Notes under the pieces: generated by a model
The model's database searches: none
Seen by the model: the letters and a program-made list of their open reading frames with translations, nothing else
Told to the model about the DNA's origin: nothing
Program-made: the position numbers and the translations under genes
Assembly: GCA_033442325.1 (NCBI GenBank)
Contig: JAWQFM010000015.1
Span: 986,726 to 1,040,422, forward strand
DNA length: 53,697 bases
Source of the DNA: Salpingoeca rosetta
Taxonomy: Eukaryota > Protista > Choanoflagellata
Reading direction: 5' to 3'
Shown: positions 47,134 through 53,697 of the stretch, piece after piece
Layout of the letters: each line of letters begins with the position of its first letter
Position numbering within the stretch: the first letter of the stretch is position 1

Positions 47134-50100
47134 CGGGACGCACAATTGAACACCTTGCGCAAAGCATAACCCTGCACAAATGCGTCCGATACACATGCAC
47201 ATGCACATGCACGGTAAGTACCTGTGGCGTCTTTGGCTTTGCTGCTACCGCTGCTGTTGCTGCGCTGCGCTGCTGGCGGTTCGCACCCTCCCCACCCGCG
47301 GGCTGGTCTGCCCACTGGAAGAAGTTGCACTGCCCACCGCGCTGCTGCGCACACACGTAGAACATGCGGCCCTGCGCCATTCCCAGACGGATAGACATGA
47401 CCGTGAGCACTGGTAGGCAACGAGTCACACAACCACCTGAACACGAGAACAGGCACACAAACCCGCCCACAACGCAATTCAAAACAGGCCTCCCTTCCTC
47501 GATTCACACAAAGGGCAACAACGCGACCGCGCGCACTATCATGCTCCCAAGTGCGCGCACGTACACACATGCTCAACACATTCACACACCCCAAATGCGC
47601 GCACGTACACGAGCTTCATTCACGCACATGCCCAACACATTCACACACACACACACACACACATCACGCGCGCGCACACACATACCTTGTTCTTGCCCTC
47701 CTTCTTGACGGTGACGAGTCGGGTGCGGCCGTGTTTGCAGTGCGGGGCTGTGTCCTGCTGTGCGCCGCGGCCAGCAACAGCACCGGCCCTGTACTCGCTC
47801 AGATCAACGCACGACATGGCCTGATGATAGTACTTGCACACGTCAAACACCATGGCGTTGATCTAAACAAAGAACCGCGAGCGGGTGACCAGTGGTCGAT
47901 GGCACACAAGTGAGCGCGGACCATGGCAAGGTTTGAGTTGGAAGAAAACAATGATAAGATGAGTGGAATCACAACAGCACACACACCGTGTCAAAGCAAA
48001 ACCAAAGCGACTCGCACACACACACACATGTACACGCACACACACATGTACACACACACACATTTACACACACACACACACATTTACACACCTGCTCCAT
48101 GAGGGCGTTGGTGAGGGCGGACTTGTAGGCGGTGACTGTGGCGTGCTCCGAGGGAATGATTGCCTTTCGCTCCAACCGTTGCTGACTCAGCGCTTCTTCC
48201 CGCTTGGGCACGTGGTACTCGCGCGTCACAGCTGCACCGCATGTGGAAGGAAACGAAGGGCAGTGCCATCAAAGGCGCACAACAAGCGCATGAGAAACAT
48301 GAGCTCGCCTTTGTTTGAGGAAACACACACACCCATACACGCACGCATGTGGGCCGTGTGCAATACAAGAGCCAACACAGTCGTGGCACTCTCAGCCACT
48401 TTCCCGCAAGTACAAATTTCCGTCGTCCCCCCCCCCTCCTTTACACTCCCACACGCCCACCGAAACAGTCACCAGAAGAGTCAACTCACACCCAAGGCGA
48501 ACGGCCGGTGCAGTGAATGCAGTGGGCTTGCCGCCCTGCTGCAGCTGTTGCTGCTTCAACGCGTGCTTGAACGCTTTTCGAAACGCCATGTTGTCCATGC
48601 GCCTCCCTGCTTCTGCTCCTGCTGAGGATGTGCTGGATGAGGGCGAAGGTGGTGGGAGTGCTGTGGGTGTGGGTGCGGTGGTGGTGGTGAAGGTAGTGGT
48701 GGTGGTGGAAGTGGGGTGCTGGTCACTCATCACACCTCGCGTTCCCCGCAGCGCATTCAGGAACGGGCGCTGCGTGGACGACGACGACGATGATGATGAT
48801 GATGATGATGATGACTGCGACTGCTGCTGCTGCGACTGCTGTTTGCTGTTGTTGTAGGCGGGGTCGAACCGTGCCCAGCGGCTTGGTGGCGTTACTTCGC
48901 TCGGACCAGGTTGCACTGCAGCTGACGAGGCAGATCGCGCTGACGATGGTGCGCGACCGTGCGGACCGCTGAAACCGCTGAAACCGCGGAAACCACTGCG
49001 ACCAGCACCACCAGCATCAGCAAGCACATGGCCGCTTCTCGCCCTGTGGGTGGTGGTGCTGTCGCTGGTGCCGTCGTGGTTGTCGTTGTAGTTATCGTTG
49101 TGGGCGTTGCGACCGTCATCGTCGTCCCAGTAATCATCGCCCACGTCCGCCGCATTTGCCCACGGATCTGCCTCACCACCGCCCAGTGTCGTCGCTGTCG
49201 CGGCAGTGAAGTTCTCCTTGTTGTCCAAGTGGCTGCTGTCACCCCACAGATCACGTGTGCCTCCTTCAGCCGTGGCCGCTCTCGTGGTCGTTGGCGGATG
49301 TGTTGGTGCTGGTGCTGTTGTAGCCGGTGCGAGGGTGCCTTCGTCATCGACTCCCAACAACGCATCCAGGAACCCCGTCTCGTCCTCATCGTCCGGGAAG
49401 TAATCACCGCCATCTCCCCCATGCTGCTGCTGGTGCTGCTGCTGGTGGTGGTAGTGCGATGGAGCGTAACGAGGTCGCATGGGTGCGGCTGGAGGTGCAC
49501 TGCGCATGGAGCCATGCTGGTGCTCGCTGCTGCCACTGCCACTGCCACTGCCACTGCCGCCGAGCAGGAGGGCAAGGAGGGCCTCGTCGCTGCGGCCAGA
49601 TGTCGCCTGCTGCTGCTGCTGCTGATGGTGTTGGGATGACGGCGCAGGGGTTGGCATTGACTGGGAGGAGATGGTGCTGCTGCTGTGGCTGGTCATTGCG
49701 GACGCGCTGCTGTGGCTCGTGCTCGCACCGCGACGAGAGCCGTGTGGATGTGGCTGCTGTCGGCTGGGCGACGCTGGCGTGACCAGGTATGTTGCTTCAC
49801 TGTGACCAAAGCAGCCAATCAGGGCCGGTGCCTGCGCTGTGCTGGACGGACAGTGTGACCTCCCAATCACCTTGGCTTGCTTCGGGGCACGCTCGCGCCC
49901 GCCATCATCAAGAAGCAAACCACCACTTTCTGTGTCTTCACCGCGCCATGGCGCCGTGATTGGTGGTGCGCTGTCGTCCATGTGAAGTGGAGGCTGGTGC
50001 GGGTCATGTTGGTGCGGGTTGTGTTGGTGCGGGTTGTGCTGGTGGTGCTGGTGGTGATGAGGGGGAAGGCCGCCGCCAACCTGCATTGGGCGTGATGCTG

Positions 50101-50987
50101 GCGACACGCCGCCCGGCTGGTCGTCGCCACTGGGATAGCGAGGCCGTTGCACACGCCGCCGCTGCCGCCACTGTCCGTCACCACCCATACCTGGTGCAAG
50201 GGGATCGTGGGCTGGCGGTGCTGTTGGGTTCTGCTGTTGCGCTGCAGAGGATGCACGGCGGTGAGGTGCGCGAAACCGCGGGCGCTTGAACGGCGGCTGC
50301 TGCTGCTGCTGCTTCAGAGGACGCTGGGGCGACGTTGATGCGCTCGTGGACGGGGGTGTCGTGGGCGTGCTGGCAGTGCCTGCAGTGGCAGAGGTGGTGT
50401 GTGGTGGGTGGCGGTGGAACTGCGGGTATAGCCGCTGCCCGGATGCACGTCGTTGTTGTGGAAGGGCGCGTGTCGGGGATGAGGAGGGCGATGGCGATGA
50501 CGCTGGTGCTGGCGCTTGCACAAGACCGCCAGAGGTGCGCTGCTCGTCCACTTCCTCCAGCTGGATGAGGTAGCGGTCGGACTCCAGGTCGTCGCCGGGC
50601 TGCAGTTGCCGCCGCTGGAACACTGAGTCCAAGGCGCTGCCGGTCCCGCCTTCATTGTACAAGATGGCCTTGGAGCGCTCCACGTCCCACTTGAGCAGGC
50701 CGTCCTGGTAAGTCTTTCGCTTCTTCGTCTTTTGGTGCGTGTACAGCGCCTGTACGCGTGTCACGCGGGTCAACATGTGTGCGTAAACGTGGGTTAGGCG
50801 AGTGTGGGGTGCGTGAGCGGGTGTGGTGGAGTGAGCGTGGGGTGGGTGGTAAAGTAATCATGCCAACACAGAAACGACAGCACGCGTGCGTGCACAAACA
50901 GCCAGCAACAGCACACGAGCTCACACTGCATGCAAGTACACGCACCTTGAACCACACGATGCGAGGGCCACCACTGAGGTCTGCCAT
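42196..50987 (-). CDS. ZGRF1: ZGRF1: N-terminal DUF2439-type domain, GRF zinc finger and Upf1-like SF1 helicase (about 13 exons; alternative in-frame ATG at 51023)
   Basis: WFK|ALYTHQKTKKRKTYQDGLLK...KAILYNE; PHCKHGRTRLVTVKKEGKNK|GRMFYVC...QCNFFQWAD (GRF finger); LVHGVYGSGKS, SSTTNVAVD, ILDESCQMTEP, VGDPKQLSP, QYRCHPAI, VSTVDAFQGGEKEVI, RVNVAITRARRHL; acidic tail. All joins I checked are GT-AG. Confidence 0.93.
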
Positions 50988-51153
50988 GGTGTCTGCAGTG
51001 TTGAAGTCAAATGGCTGTCCCATGTGACATGATGTGAACTCGTGAGTCGGTAGTGTTGTTGTTGCTGTTGTTGTTCATGTGCATGTGGGTACGCGTGTGT
51101 GTATGTATGTGTGCGTGTGTGTGTGTGTGTGTTTGTGTTTGTGCAGCGTTACG

Positions 51154-51165
51154 TTTCCCGCCAAA
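51154..51165. promoter_or_regulatory. E2F/DP-type site TTTCCCGCCAAA upstream of ZGRF1
   Basis: Exact 12-mer seen about 130-170 bp upstream of the candidate ZGRF1 start codons. It matches the extended E2F consensus TTTSSCGC. Function is inferred. Confidence 0.5.
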
Positions 51166-51459
51166 CAACAGGCCACAGAGCGGAGGGTGAAGCACTCAAA
51201 CTCCAAGCACTATCCAGCCAGCACTGACATACATCAACACGAGCATCAACACCAACCCACCAACCAGCGCGCACAAACTTGCCCGGACAGGACGGCGTTA
51301 AATCGTCAGCGCGGGCGTGCAATTTGCAACGCAAGCAACAACTGTGAGTGCACGAAATTTTGTGGGCACGGTTGCAAAACGGCGGACGCAAGCCAGCAAG
51401 CAAGCAAGCAAGCAAGCCAGCCAGCCAAGCCAGCGATGATTTGCGATTGTTGACATGAC

Positions 51460-51796
51460 TCACCACAGAAGTTCCCAGCAGCGGTGCTTGCACTGTGTCA
51501 CAAGTAGACAAGTACTCACACCGCCGGCCCACTTGTTCAGCACGCAGCCTTGGGCCGTCAAACCCTCGAAACGGAGGGGAAGGCCACAAGTGCTTACGCG
51601 CGCTGCATGGATGTGCTGGACAAGCGGTGTCTGCAGCAACCCTGAGGCTACCACGTCGGGAACCCTGCTGACCACCGCCAAAGAGATTGCTCTGCTTTGA
51701 CGAGGGTCGGTGACACCAAAGCAAGACCGCCGACGAGGCAGATGCCCAGAGGGCTGACTGCCACGAGGCTGACTGCAAAGACTGCCACCAAAGGCG

Positions 51797-51830
<34 letters not shown>

Positions 51831-53567
51831 CAGACAAGTAAACACTAGAAACTCAGTAAACAAGAGCACTAGAGCACATGTAAGGAGGAATGATCGCTGG
51901 ACCTGCAAGAGAAAAGAGAGACAGGGGCCAACACAAGGGGGGGACAGTTGAGTGTGAGTTTGAGAAGGAGATATCCTGTGACATGACAACAAGCACACAA
52001 GCACCTCCTACTCCTCCCTCTTCTCCTTCTCCCTCTTCTCCTTCTCCTGAGCTCCTGTCGCGTCGATGGGAAAATGAACAAGTGAGAGAGAGAGAGTGTG
52101 TGTGTGTGTGTGGTGCTTTGCGTGTGTTGTTCTGTTGATGTGAGTGCTAAGTTACTGAGTGAGTTGCGGGGGCGTGGGTGTCAGTTGCCACAACTGGAAA
52201 GTCGCCCACAAAGTGCCACACCCACACGTCCAAATAAGCATCTAACACAAAAAAAAAACNNNNNNNNNNNNNNNNNNNNNNNNNNNNNNNNNNNNNNNNN
52301 NNNNNNNNNNNNNNNNNNNNNNNNNNNNNNNNNNNNNNNNNNNNNNNNNNNNNNNNNNNNNNNNNNNNNNNNNNNNNNNNNNNNNNNNNNNNNNNNNNNN
52401 NNNNNNNNNNNNNNNNNNNNNNNNNNNNNNNNNNNNNNNNNNNNNNNNNNNNNNNNNNNNNNNNNNNNNNNNNNNNNNNNNNNNNNNNNNNNNNNNNNNN
52501 NNNNNNNNNNNNNNNNNNNNNNNNNNNNNNNNNNNNNNNNNNNNNNNNNNNNNNNNNNNNNNNNNNNNNNNNNNNNNNNNNNNNNNNNNNNNNNNNNNNN
52601 NNNNNNNNNNNNNNNNNNNNNNNNNNNNNNNNNNNNNNNNNNNNNNNNNNNNNNNNNNNNNNNNNNNNNNNNNNNNNNNNNNNNNNNNNNNNNNNNNNNN
52701 NNNNNNNNNNNNNNNNNNNNNNNNNNNNNNNNNNNNNNNNNNNNNNNNNNNNNNNNNNNNNNNNNNNNNNNNNNNNNNNNNNNNNNNNNNNNNNNNNNNN
52801 NNNNNNNNNNNNNNNNNNNNNNNNNNNNNNNNNNNNNNNNNNNNNNNNNNNNNNNNNNNNNNNNNNNNNNNNNNNNNNNNNNNNNNNNNNNNNNNNNNNN
52901 NNNNNNNNNNNNNNNNNNNNNNNNNNNNNNNNNNNNNNNNNNNNNNNNNNCAAGGATGGCGTGTTACGTGCTTTGGCAGTCGTCGCTGTGTTCCATGAGA
53001 TGAATGCAGCCACCGTGTGAGTGCCTTACCTTGGTGCATGCGCATGCGCCCACGTCCTGTGTTTGTACGTGCTTGCATGCAAGCAAGGAGAAGGAAGCAC
53101 GCGCGTCCACTCACTCACAAACACATACTCTCTCGCTCTGTCTGCCTGTCTCACACACTCTCTATCACTCGCACTCACAAACACATACACTCATACACAC
53201 ACACTCCACACACTCTCGTACACACACACACCCCTGTCTCTCTGTCTATCACGCATTTTCGTGCACCCACATACATCCACATACACACTACATCCACACA
53301 CGGATCAACACGGTTGGTTGCAAGGCAAGGGGGTTGAGGTGCCTACAGCAAGCACGGCAGCAGATGCCTCTCGGCGGTGTGAGCAGCAACAATCCCACGA
53401 GCAGACCCAAGGACAGCAGCGCTGACGTGGTGGGCACAACTCCGACAGCAGGGACTTGACGTGCGCATTGTCGCGTATCCCATGGGTCTGCACGAGCTGT
53501 GCACCATACTTGCGCATCACGATGGTGTGGTAGACATCAAGTGTCTCCCACAAGCAGACGTCGTCCT
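51460..53567 (-). CDS. Tentative 3' exons of an unidentified gene continuing beyond the window and across the gap at 52260-52950
   Basis: Non-repetitive exon-like segments with plausible splice sites: DDVCLWETLDVYHTIVMRKYGAQLVQTHGIRDNAHVKSLLSELCPP (about 53427-53567), AISLAVVSRVPDVVASGLLQTPLVQHIHAAR|GTAAGC (about 51598-51691), and CKHRCWELLW*. No family recognised. Confidence 0.3.
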
Positions 53568-53697
53568 TGCTCGGTGAGGCAATGTTTTTGTGTGCTTGCG
53601 AATGTGTGTGCGTGTGTGTGTGCGCGCGTGTGCGTGTGTGTGCGTGTGTGTGTGTGTGAGTCTTGCGTGCGTGTTGTATGCGTGTGCGTGCGTGTTG

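Overview
Eukaryotic, intron-rich genomic DNA full of (TG)n/(CA)n and (CAA)n microsatellites, with poly-Q/H/D low-complexity coding tracts and six N-gaps. The style suggests a choanoflagellate such as Salpingoeca rosetta (inference from composition only). Most short ORFs in the supplied track are translated microsatellites. Splicing GT-AG exons by hand gives about 11 genes: MUS81 3' part (+), a SMYD-like SET protein (-), a GH47 alpha-1,2-mannosidase (+), HELQ (+), a NEK kinase (-), ZNHIT6/BCD1 (+, cut by a gap), an intronless C2H2 zinc-finger protein (-), an unknown multi-pass membrane protein (-), RTCA (+), ZGRF1 (-), and a tentative 3' fragment of an unknown gene (-). I found no rRNA, tRNA, CRISPR array or recognisable transposon, and no clear-cut new system. 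The best leads are: (i) an intronic inverted repeat in HELQ that is exactly complementary to a downstream 3' splice site; (ii) a polarised 5'-(TG)n...(CA)n-3' intron layout; (iii) three crosslink/fork-repair genes in about 50 kb, with an E2F-type motif upstream of ZGRF1; (iv) a SMYD-like protein lacking MYND; and (v) a zinc-finger protein with an extra Cys/His cluster.
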